From positions 5,518,001 to 5,582,000 of the forward strand of contig CATNEN010000007.1 of the NCBI GenBank assembly GCA_950097015.1: 64,000 nucleotides of DNA, given 5' to 3'. A program made the position numbers and the translations under genes. Source of the DNA: Macrostomum hystrix (Eukaryota; Animalia; Platyhelminthes). The notes under the pieces are model-generated. The model saw nothing but the letters and a program-made list of their open reading frames with translations, did not search any database and was not told where the DNA came from. Shown here in pieces: positions 24,075 to 41,572 of this stretch (within the stretch, counting starts at the first letter, position 1; the number at the start of each line of letters is the position of its first letter).

Positions 24075-24809
24075 CTACTTGGCCTTCTTGGCGCGGATCT
24101 TCCTCAGGTAGAAGTCCAGCTCCTTGCCCTCCAGGATGTAGCCATCGGCGCGGCCGCACTGGCCCGGCCGGGAGGTGATGCAGGCGTACAGACGACCGCT
24201 GGCGAACTGTTCCAGCAGGGCAGGCGGCACCTCCGCTTTCTTCTGCCGTTCAGCGTACTTCTTCATTGTCTTCTTGCTGCGCGTGAACGACAGAGGAGCG
24301 TCGGCGCCAGTCGCTGGCTTGGCGGCGACTGCGGTGGCATCGCCAGACTCAGCTTTGCCAGCGGCGGCGGCGTCAGCTGGCGCAGCGGCATCGGCGGCTT
24401 TGGCAGCGGGAGCCTTCTTCTCCTTCTTGCGGGCCAGTGGCAGCAGGTAATGCGACTCGAACCACTGACGGAACGGCGTGGCGTCGATCAGCACGATGGC
24501 GTTCTTCACCAGGGTCTTGGTGCGCACCAGCTCATTGTTGCTGGCATTGTAGACGGTGTCAATGATGCGAGTCTTGCGAGCCACTCCCCTAGACGGCCAG
24601 CTGAAGTTGCCAGTGTCCAGGCGGAGGGCGCGCAGCTTTATGCCACCGCCGCGCACACGAACGGAGTGGACGCGCTTCGCCGTGCCAGGCTGAGCGATCT
24701 TGGTCAGGGCTGGCGGGCGGCCCAGCTCGAACTTGCGCTTCTTGCGCAGCTGCTCGCGGCGACCTCCGGTCTTGCGGCGCTTGTGGGTGCGATCGCGGGT
24801 GATGCCCAT
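24075..24809 (-). CDS. RPS8: 40S ribosomal protein S8 (eS8), 244 aa, intronless CDS
   Basis: [16 protein letters not shown]...[48 protein letters not shown] branch/acceptor (ctaat...ccgcag) lies 2 nt before the ATG. Confidence 0.98.
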   Translation of the reverse strand: MGITRDRTHKRRKTGGRREQLRKKRKFELGRPPALTKIAQPGTAKRVHSVRVRGGGIKLRALRLDTGNFSWPSRGVARKTRIIDTVYNASNNELVRTKTLVKNAIVLIDATPFRQWFESHYLLPLARKKEKKAPAAKAADAAAPADAAAAGKAESGDATAVAAKPATGADAPLSFTRSKKTMKKYAERQKKAEVPPALLEQFASGRLYACITSRPGQCGRADGYILEGKELDFYLRKIRAKKAK

Positions 24810-24859
24810 TGCTGCGGATTGGAGATTAGCGGCATAAGACTTTAAATTTATTGGCTTTG

Positions 24860-24978
24860 CTGATCCCAACTGATCTGATATCCCAACTGATCTGATATCC
24901 CAACTGATCAGTTATCCCAACTGATCTGATATCCCAACTGATCAGATATCCCAACTGATCTGATATCCCAACTGATCT
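24860..24978 (+). repeat. 17-bp minisatellite (TCCCAACTGATCTGATA)
   Basis: About 7 units just upstream of the RPS8 acceptor. Confidence 0.9.
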
Positions 24979-25748
24979 GCTTAGCTGTTTTATATCCGAA
25001 AAGTCCAGTAAAAAAACAATAAACAACAGTTTTAAGAAATACATTAGCAAATGTAATTAAATAATCCGCAAAGAAAGCAGTGGCAGAATTTTTTGACAGG
25101 CATTTTGCAAAGAATCGATAGGATCTATACAAGGTGTTCCAAAACGCACTGTTAGAGAGCTTGTCTAACTGGCCAACTGGACGATAGACAAATAGACGAA
25201 TAGATTTTTTATAAACTACAACAATCGACATGCTACTGCCTGGCCAGTAGTATCCGTTGCAAATCGCACAATATATTGAAACGATACAGACGTAATGATA
25301 TTAACTATTTCTTTTGTTAAAAAATACGATATATACTCTAGGTTATGAAAACATGAATGAGTAGCATGAACACGCTTTTTAAGGAACAATAAAGATCTTA
25401 ACTGACAAGCAAGAGACAACAACAGAAACACGAATAAGGTGAAGCGAACACTGGAACAATAAATAAATGCTTAATTACAATTTTTGACCTTTCTACGTAA
25501 ATAGATTATAAAAACTGACCTAGCGACAAAACAAGGGCTTCAACAGCCATTCTACTGCAATGAAACTAGAAGAGGCAGAATATTATTGGAACACCAAAAT
25601 ATCTAAGAAATTATTGCTGCAATTTGCGAAACTCCTGACACGCTTGAAGGCCTAATTTAATCCCATAATTTTATCCCATATCTTGAAAATGATAATTTGA
25701 ATCTGTCGACCATAATGCTAAAATATGACTCTGAAGGTTTATTTTCTA

Positions 25749-27476
25749 TTAGGTCAGCGAGTGCAGGTTCTTATTCGGATGCTGTTGCGGCCTCTGCTGG
25801 CCAGCGAAACCGCCGATTGGTCCCATTAGGGGATATTGTTGCTGCTGCTGCTGCTGCTGCTGAGCTGGCGGCGGCATCGGCATCAGCGCCTGAGGTTGCA
25901 TAGCAACTGACGGTATCAGCGGCATTTGGCCTGCAGCTGACATCGGCATTGGCATAGGCGGAGGCAGCTGCTGGTGGTGATGATGATTGGCTTGGATAGG
26001 CTGGCCAATCGACATTGACATTGGCGCGTGATTGGTTGAGAGCTGGTGATGGTGCTGTCCAATGGGCATGGCCTGGTGCATGTGATGATTAGGCTGCTGC
26101 TGCTGCTGATGCGCAAGGTGTTGCTGATGCTGCGGCATCTGCGGTGGAGGGAATCCGCCCAAGTGAGACGGAGGTGGCGGCGGCGGTGGTGGTGGCGGCG
26201 GCGGCGGATGAAGCATGGTCGAAGAAACAGTCGATGGCTGGTGCTGGAACGTCGGCATCAGCGGCGGCAGCGGTGGTGGAGGCGGCGGAGGTGGCGGTAG
26301 GGGCGCTGCATTGGTAGAAGCGGACGCGTACTGATGCCAGCTGCCAGTGAGGACGGAGCTGGGCATCTGCATGGAGACGTGCGGGACAGAGCCCGCCAAG
26401 GTGTGCGGCTGCTGATGATGCTGGAAGTGCACCTGGTTGACCACAGCGTGAGCCGCTGCCGCCGCGGCGCTTAGCGAAGCCGATGCTGCCGATGCGGCTG
26501 GCTGCGCCGAGCTAAAAGCCGGAGCCTGAGGCAGCGGCTGCGGCTGCATCGGAGCAGCAGTCGTAGAAGATGGCAAAGATGCCTGCTGCTGCGGCTTGGC
26601 TCGCGAATCGGGCTGCGTTTCAGAGCGGCCGTTGCCAATATTGATGTTATTGGTGTTGCCAGCGGCAACAGATGCAGAAGCAGCAGCGTTGGCGGAGCCG
26701 GAATTGCTGTTAGCGCCGCTGTTATTGCTCTGGTACATATCCAGTATGCGATGGCAGATGCGCTCAATCAGTGGGAATTCTAGGCCGGGTACGAATTGCT
26801 CCCACCATTTGTCATTCGGACCGGTGCGGCCGTCCCAGTCGCATATCTGATTGCCACTGCACAGGCTGCCTAAGTACAGCACAGAGCAGGCTATGATCTC
26901 GGGCTCCCACTGTAGGCACAGGGTAGTGTACAGGCTGTCATTGACGAATGCCCAGGCGTGGCGCACAATGGCACTGATCTCATCCTGGCCGCCGCGCAGA
27001 CGCCGCCCCATCTCCAGCAAGTGTTTGTACGGGTGCTCGACAATGAAATCGAATTTCAGGGTGCGCAGCATAATCCGCTCCATCTGCATGACCAGCTCGG
27101 CGGGGCTGCGGCTCGGCTGGCCCTGGGACGGCGCAGCGAAATGGGCAGCAAAAGTTCGCTCGTCCAGGTGCTTCTGCACCGAGCGGACCAGATCGCGGCA
27201 GAGTTTCGGGGTCTCTTCCACTTTGCCAGCTAGGAACAGAGCGCAGGCGGCAACCACGTAGCGATCGTGCTTCTTGAAGCTGTGCGCCATGTAGAAGCGA
27301 TGAAAGAAGACAATGCCGGTGGCTATTGTATTGTGGGTGAGGCCGAGGTCCTGGCCGCATTGCAAAATAAATTTGGCGCCCTCGCATCTGTATTTGGTTT
27401 CGACATCGCGCTCAACACCGTCGCGATAGGAGGGCGTGTTGAGCACATCCTCCGGCTCCCAGTACCAGCAGGGCAT
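25749..27476 (-). CDS. CCNK: Cyclin K, intronless CDS
   Basis: MPCWYW...TPS, cyclin box (FFHRFYM, ACALFLAGKVEETPK), FDFIVEHPY, FVNDSLYTTLCLQWEPEIIA, and a Pro/Gln/His-rich C-terminus. Confidence 0.96.
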   Translation of the reverse strand: MPCWYWEPEDVLNTPSYRDGVERDVETKYRCEGAKFILQCGQDLGLTHNTIATGIVFFHRFYMAHSFKKHDRYVVAACALFLAGKVEETPKLCRDLVRSVQKHLDERTFAAHFAAPSQGQPSRSPAELVMQMERIMLRTLKFDFIVEHPYKHLLEMGRRLRGGQDEISAIVRHAWAFVNDSLYTTLCLQWEPEIIACSVLYLGSLCSGNQICDWDGRTGPNDKWWEQFVPGLEFPLIERICHRILDMYQSNNSGANSNSGSANAAASASVAAGNTNNINIGNGRSETQPDSRAKPQQQASLPSSTTAAPMQPQPLPQAPAFSSAQPAASAASASLSAAAAAAHAVVNQVHFQHHQQPHTLAGSVPHVSMQMPSSVLTGSWHQYASASTNAAPLPPPPPPPPPLPPLMPTFQHQPSTVSSTMLHPPPPPPPPPPPPPSHLGGFPPPQMPQHQQHLAHQQQQQPNHHMHQAMPIGQHHHQLSTNHAPMSMSIGQPIQANHHHHQQLPPPMPMPMSAAGQMPLIPSVAMQPQALMPMPPPAQQQQQQQQQYPLMGPIGGFAGQQRPQQHPNKNLHSLT

Positions 27477-27644
27477 TGGTGCTTGGGATCAGCGGAGATC
27501 AAGATCGGGAGATCCCAAGTGTGTTACGTCGCAGTTCTTATTTGAAAATTTTTTTTTAACGTTGGCTTGCGGTTTGCTGAAAAATGCGAATATGGTGTTA
27601 AATAATGGTGTGGTAAATAACTTTGGCTTGTCAATGGCTGAATG

Positions 27645-27932
27645 CACAATCTCTCGCACCAATGTCCCGGAGCTCAATTCCACAGTGAGACCACATTTAT
27701 TTGGGGCGCAATTTACGCCCTTAAGGGCCAATCTCCAAGGCAGTGAGAGTGTACACTGCCTTAACGATGAGAAAGTCATGGCAGATGTACACCGCTGTGT
27801 GAGCGTGCCTGCGAACGGTATCTGTGTGCGTGTGCTCAGGAGTCAGCGAAATGGGCGGAATTGCCTCCTTGCTGGCTGCAGGTCTAGTGTCACCAAATGA
27901 TGTGCCACTGCCTGCAGCCCTCCAGCAATTAT
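27645..27932 (+). mobile_element. SINE family A copy (5'-degraded, internal deletion)
   Basis: Shares ccacatttatttggggcgca...gagaaagtc...ggtctagtgtcaccaaat...gcagccctcc with 4147-4503. Confidence 0.88.
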
Positions 27933-28234
27933 TAATATTTTTATGCCTGAATGCAGACTCGATTAATAATGTGACTTTCACTAATATCCCCATTCTCTTT
28001 CCTCCCAGATCCACGGGCCTTTTTTCCAGAAAACGTAACACTAAAATATCTAAAGAATGAAGGAGACGAGAAGATATCATTAAAAGCATATTTAATAAAC
28101 AGTTTTCTAGCATGACAAATACACAATTTTTTTAAAGAAAATACAAATGGACACTAAAGCTAGCGGATCGATTGGGTCAACCAAAGGGTCAACTGGATCA
28201 AGCAGAGCCTAGAACACTTTCTAAATATTTGACA

Positions 28235-29102
28235 TTATTGAGGCGCCTCATTATTAGTCTGAGGAGCAGCGGCTGCCGCGGCCCGCTCCTCCTGCAGCCG
28301 CCTAAGAAGTTCAACCTTCTTAGGCACGGCAGCCTCCAGTCGCCTGGCGTCGGCCTCCAATTTGAGCTGCTTGCGGCAGGCCTCGGCCAGACTGAGCCCG
28401 ATCCATTCAGCCTGCTCGGCTGGCACGGCGAATTTGGCGTAGCGCTGGCGCAACGGACTCTCGGCTGGCAGGCGAGCCAAAGCCAGCAGCATGTCGCGTT
28501 TTAGATGCGTTCCAAGGCGCGAATTCAAATCGCCGTCAGACGACGACAGAATGTACTGATCTAGACAGCCAGCCTCTTCAATCATTGTGAGAGCCCGGTG
28601 GGTCACTATGATGTACATCCAACGGTTCAACAGCTCCGAGTGAAAGGCAATGCGATGAAGGTGGGGACGCCAGAATCGCGGATGAACCTGCGATGGCGGA
28701 TGAGAGATGGATAGTACGCTTGTAACTGGGAGAATCTAGGAAACAAAATAAAAACTATAAGTAAAACTACGAGCTCAAAATTAAATAACCTACCTGATCC
28801 TCTTTCTCTCGCTGCCTAAACCCGTACACAATGCCTTCGTTGGCCCACAGGCAGCGCTGAGACTCCTCCGGGTAGAATACCTGCGGCGGCAGGTCAAAGT
28901 GCCGGCTAGGATAGACGCGACCGTCACTGTGCGCAACAAACGGCTGCTCTGGATGGCGCTGCGAGAATGGCTGCATGTGAACATGCGGCCGCCTATATGC
29001 CTTGTTCTCCATGTACCGCTGCCTATAGTGCATTGGCAGTCGCGCAAGGGCCGCCTTTAGGTGCGGATAGAAGAACACAGCTCGTTCTAGCTCTAGGCTG
29101 GC
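28235..29102 (-). CDS. MRPL28: Mitochondrial ribosomal protein L28 (bL28m)
   Basis: Exons 29102-28794 and 28687-28235 (phase 0). RLPMHY, PEESQRCLWANEG, FWRP, HSELL, VTHRAL..IEEAGCLDQYIL, LNSRLG..LKR, AEWIGLSLAEA. The frame begins at acceptor cacttcag|GCC with no preceding ATG in the exon. Confidence 0.9.
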
Positions 29103-32100
29103 CTGAAGTGTGTGACAGTGAAGCAATGAAATGCTTATTACAACCAGTATGATAGCATAGCCAAAGTTTATAAAACTAAAATAAACATATTTTAATTCAA
29201 CAAGAAATGGCTAAGTGCAATGGATAAATGAGTGACGAGGATTATAAATAAATGAATATCAAAACAAGCATTTGGGATACATTCAAGTAGGTAGCAATGG
29301 TGACCTTGGCTCCATAGAGTCTTTTAAATATTGAATATATACAATCTACTTTCCTACAAACACATGTTATTACATTTTATAATATTACTCTAGCTTAGGC
29401 TATAAATAAAAGTATCCTAAAACGCTTAAGTTGTCATTAATTAACTTAACAGTTGGCAGAGTGCACACAGCAATAAATTTTGACCACTAAAAAGCATTTA
29501 TATCTCATTTTCAAGGTTTCCTGAGCTGGCACAGTCTTTTAAGACAAAATTTTCATGTGACATGACCACACCAATTTGAATTTTAACTGTTGTGATTATG
29601 TAACAACTGACCTACTGATAACAAATGATTTAACTGACCAAAGCCATGGCATGTTAAATGGTTATTTGTTTGCTAGTTTTTGTTTTTTTAGATTCTATAA
29701 TAAAGGTACAGAAATTAAATTAAAAGCAATTATTTACCAAAAAATTAGCTAGCTCTTCAGTAGCTGCAAAGCCAGTTTTAAATGTCTTTATAATGATTTA
29801 GAAATTAGCTAGGTCTAGCTAAAAATTAAAACAAAACTTAGGATTTATTGTACAAGGCACTTTATATAAATTTTTTGCTATTGTGAATGGTAAATCCAGC
29901 TTTTTGATAAAGGTTAAACATTTGGGTAGGAGGCAGTACAACTAGAAGCAGCTTATAGGATGCTATTGTGCCAACATGAAATGTAGCAAATTAAAATATA
30001 TGAATTTCTGAGTGACACTTTCTAAAAAGTTTACACTAAGACAAGGCAGGACCCTTAGACTTACAGTCTATTTCTATCTTAGTATGTGGTCTGTGAGCAT
30101 TGCCAAGCAAGGAGTGCTCAGGTCATAAAGAAGCACTGTATAGAGACACTGTGGCCTATAGGAGAGTCAATATAAGAAGAAGGAACTATAACAGAGGATG
30201 CTATAAAGGGGGCAATATGAGTGGGTGCCAACCAATAGAATCAACATTTAAGGAGCTATGGCCCCTTGGCCTTAGCCTCCCTAGATCTACCCATGTAATT
30301 TAAAGGCCAATTGGACAGTTTTAGAAATTATATATATGGGTTATAGGGTAGGACCATATTTTATTGACAATTTTCTATTTTCATTTGTTTAAAATTCAAA
30401 CTGATTTTGAATTTAAAATAACTTGAAAATAAACAATATAAATAATTACTAAGAACAAGCAAAACAATAATCCACTTAGATGTCGTAGTAGTGGACTCTG
30501 ATGGATTATTGTATATAACCTAAAAAATGCTTTTAAAGTAACAAAGCAATAATCAAAATTAAATCATTTTCCCTCTGCCTTTCCCACCATTTCTTTTCTC
30601 TTCTTCTTTGGTTTTGGCTATAGATAGCCAGATACCACAATGTCATTCAAAAACTTGTATGACTTTAAGTATTTACTTGTAGTAACTAAGATAGTCATTA
30701 ATATTCCATATCTGAAACTAGAATATTGTCATTTTACTATATAATGTAACAAAATCAATTGCTTGATAACTTTTTATCAACTAAGAAACCAGCATTACAC
30801 AACAACTAATTTTCCAGCATAAGTATAGAAACTGTTATAGAGAACATATGGAAACTACATATTTTTGGTTGCCACTTTAGGTTCTTACTTATAATTATAG
30901 AAATTTAACTTATGAACAGTCTAACAAAACAAAGTAAGGTATGTAAGTGGCACTTATGTAAGTAAGATGTGCCATGCTACTTCCACTCCCACTAACCAGC
31001 TCATCCCTTGGCCATAGACACTCCTAATCACATCAACCATATTGCTTTTATCTCCCCCTGCACTGAACATTTGCCACAGACAAGTTCTATACCCCAGAAG
31101 CAGTGCCACCAGTTCAATAATCACAAAAAGTAACCATAATAATTGAAATTCCAAGTTATTGCATTGATTTGAAATTAAACTTTTGAGAAAAACTGTTTAA
31201 TGAATGATTCAAAAAGAATGTCAAAAACATTATGGTTATGATAGAACATTAGTTATGATAAAAGTTGCTGTAACTTATGGTGATGGTCATGGCTATGGGG
31301 AAAACCTGGTTATGTTGGAATACTAACAACAAGATACCTTATGTCATAGTCATATTAGATAAATAGCTAGCTGGTTATTTTGTTTAGACCTGATACATAG
31401 GAATAAGCATGGTCTTTTTTAATTTAAATATTTTGTGCAACTTGCCAACTGCTAAACTAGCTAGAACATTAATATAACTGAAGTATTAGATTAAAAAACT
31501 GTGAAATAGTGTTTTCTATATTGTGCTCCTACTCCTAGGCTCCTAACTAATGAACATAATTCATAAAAATCATTTCAACTGTCTTAGCCTATAGGGCTAA
31601 AGCAGTTAAACTTATACTTAATGAAAAAAATATTAACAAAAAGTGCTGCAACTTGACTGCTAACTATACTATACTATACGAGCATGGGAAGAATATCTGG
31701 GGTTTACATAACATTAACATACGTTCATAACATTACGATAAGATAGCTAGTCAAGACAGCAGCAACGAAAGTGTTGATTCTGTTGAATAATTTAGATTTC
31801 AGTTAGTCCAAACTTTGTGAGTATCTTATATACGAAGGAGGTGAGCAAGTTTAAAGAGTTTCTTGGCAGAGGTTATATGTAATTATAGACAAACACAACT
31901 AAGTAATACGACGACATTTTTGTTGACAATTCTAGATAAAGGACAAAAACTAATGCAAGACGATTGCTTTTTAAACTTTGCAAGCGGTTTATTTTTCTAA
32001 CGCATTTTAGAATTTAATAACATTTATATTCTATATCTGTCACACTTTTAATTAATACATCGTGTTAAAAAACAATCACAATCAGTCTAAACATAAAATT

Positions 32101-32271
32101 TTTGTTCAAACCTTGTTGCTATTGTAAATTATAATTTTAATCAAGTTTAACGTTAAGTTCACTGACATTTTTTCGTGATTACAATTAGCACGCATTAAGT
32201 CTTTGCGAAGCTTTTTGACGCACACTATTGCATTTAAAGTCTGAAAGAACAGTTTAGGTACTCAAGCTAAC

Positions 32272-38954
<6,683 letters not shown>

Positions 38955-39082
38955 AGAGAGTTCAGCAATTGCCAGTTTATTGGCACGTTGGCCATGGCTT
39001 TTTGGTAGCAAATGCTGGATTGAATAAAAATCTATGATTTTCCTGAGGGTAATTAAGATATGAGCAGTTACGTGGTCGGGTG

Positions 39083-40382
39083 GTTTAGGGATTGAGTAGA
39101 TTAGGGATTGAGTAGTTTAGGGATGAGCTGTTTAGGGATTGAGCAGATTAGGGATGAGCAGTTTAGGGATTGAGCAGTTTAGATATTTAGTAGTTTAGGG
39201 ATTTAGTAGATTAGGGATTTAGAAGCTTAGGGAGTGAGTAGTTTAGGGACTGAGCAGTTTAGGGATTGAGCAGTTTAGCGATGAGCAGTTTAGGGATTGA
39301 GCAGTTTAGGGATTGAGCAGTTTAGGGATGAGCAGTTTAGGGATTGAGCAGTTTATAGATTTAGTAGTTTAGGGATTTAGTAGTTTAGGGATTTAGTAGC
39401 TTAGGGAGTGAGTAGTTTAGGGACTGAGCAGTTTAGGGATTGAGCAGATTAGGGATGAGCAGTTTAGGGATGAGCAGATTAGGGATGAGCAGTTTAGGGA
39501 TGAGCTGTTTAGGGATGAGCAGTTTAGGGATTGAGCAGTTTAGCGATGAGCAGTTTAGGGATTGAGCAGTTTAGGGATGAGCAGTTTAGGGATTGAGCAG
39601 TTTAGGGATGAGCAGTTTAGCGATGAGCAGTTTAGGGATTGAGCAGATTAGGGATGAGCAGTTTAGGGATGAGCAGTTTAGGGATGAGCAGTTTAGGGAT
39701 TGAGCAGTTTAGCGATGAGCAGTTTAGGGATTGAGCAGTTTAGGGATTGAGCAGTTTAGGGATGAGCAGTTTATAGATTTAGTAGTTTAGGGATTTAGTA
39801 GTTTAGGGATTTAGTAGCTTAGGGAGTGAGTAGTTTAGGGACTGAGCAGTTTAGGGATTGAGCAGTTTAGGGATTGAGCAGTTTAGGGATTGAGCAGTTT
39901 ATAGATTTAGTAGTTTAGGGATTTAGTAGTTTAGGGATTTAGTAGCTTAGGGAGTGAGTAGTTTAGGGACTGAGCAGTTTAGGGATTGAGCAGTTTAGGG
40001 ATTGAGCAGTTTAGGGATTGAGCAGTTTATAGATTTAGTAGTTTAGGGATTTAGTAGTTTAGGGATTTAGTAGCTTAGGGAGTGAGTAGTTTAGGGACTG
40101 AGCAGTTTAGGGATTGAGCAGATTAGGGATGAGCAGTTTAGGAATTGAGCAGTTTAGGAATTGAGCAGTTTAGGGATTGAGCAGTTTAGGGATGAGCAGT
40201 TTAGGGATGAGCAGTTTAGGGATTGAGCAGTTTAGGGATTGAGCAGTTTAGGGATGAGCAGTTTAGGGATTGAGCAGTTTAGGGATGAGCAGTTTAGGGA
40301 TTGAGCAGTTTAGGGATGAGCAGTTTAGGGATTGAGCAGTTTAGGGATTGAGCAGTTTAGGGATTGAGCAGTTTAGGGATTG
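39083..40382 (+). repeat. 15-16-bp satellite with a telomere-like TTAGGG core (TTTAGGGATTGAGCAG)
   Basis: About 1.3 kb array with a 128-bp higher-order block. Confidence 0.96.
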
Positions 40383-41239
40383 TGAGATCTCAAATATAGA
40401 ATGTGGGGTATATGCGATCTGTAAAGGATGTTTTGCCACAATGAAGATTTAATGTGCCTAAAAACTTCTCCAGGTGATAAATAAGCAAAATATTAGAAAG
40501 CATTTCTGCGTAATTTTTTCTAGTTTGTTTCGTTTGCTTTCAGCTAAGTTCATGCACGCCTTCATGCATTCACGAAGAACATTAAATAGATTTGTTTGTT
40601 AATCTGCTCTCACAAAACTCCGTGCTGTCATTTAAACTGCTGTGATTTTAAGCAAAGCTGCTGCTGATAACATTGATTGTGTCTTTCAGTTAGCAGCGTG
40701 ATAGTTTGCGAGTTGCTTCGCTTTCAGAGAGCGCGTGACTTTTTAAATAACCTGTGCTATATAAGAAAACTGTACAGGCACTCAGATATTGGCTATAACA
40801 GTCCGAAGTGCAGGTTCAAGCCAAATTCGCTTGGCATAGGTGAGATAACACTCGCTGGTAAGCTGCTTCTTTCAGGTAGGCACTTTTCGTAAAAGTACGC
40901 TTTCGCTTTTTAAAAGCTTTATTAAAAGCATGATCTGATCAAAACTGCTTTTCTTACTAGTAAATTTCAGTTTACCTATGTGTGCCATAGCTATAATTCT
41001 CTAAATACACAGTGGCTCGTAAATAATGTCCATGGATTATACGAGCTAGATTTTTTCTTTTAACAAAAGGCGAGATCCAAGGACACATTTTTTACGTCTT
41101 GTTTTCCTGTGCCATTACGCAATTGGAAAGCAACGACAAAGCAACAATCGACTACTGTTTAGCATGAAACATCATAGATTAATTCAGTAATGTATATTAT
41201 TATTGCTTACATTATGAAGTGCATTAGGAGTTTTTGTAG

Positions 41240-41440
41240 TCTAGTGGGCTTGTCTAAACTAATGGGAAACAATTTGTGTCCACGACATTTAATTCCGCAT
41301 TGCTTCAGCTCACCCAGCTGTAAACTGTGTACCAACATTAGCTGCGCTAGAAATGGTTGGGTGTGTTCCAGCCGCCCCAGTCCACGGACTGTCCTCCCCA
41401 GTCCACGGACTTAACAGCTGTACACAGCCCGCTCAATTCC
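41240..41440 (+). mobile_element. SINE family B (CORE-like), degraded copy
   Basis: gcattgcttcagctcacccagctgtaaa...ccccagtccacggact...acagctgtac matches 49369-49621. Confidence 0.75.
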
Positions 41441-41572
41441 TGCTGCATTCTGTCTCTATCCATAGATAATATTCGGTGTTTCAGTTCGCTACTGTGATTT
41501 TACTCGTATTTATTCTAATTAACCTACTGCAGAATCTGCAAATTATTGCAATTCTCAGAGATTCATCAGCCT

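Noticed and set aside
24810-24869. 20-aa N-terminal extension of RPS8 in the ORF track
   Set aside because: Starts at TTG within a minisatellite and crosses a branch point/acceptor; the conserved start is MGITRD at 24809.
39083-40382. True telomere or chromosome-fusion site
   Set aside because: No contiguous (TTAGGG)n and no head-to-head inversion; the hexamer is embedded in a 16-bp unit.
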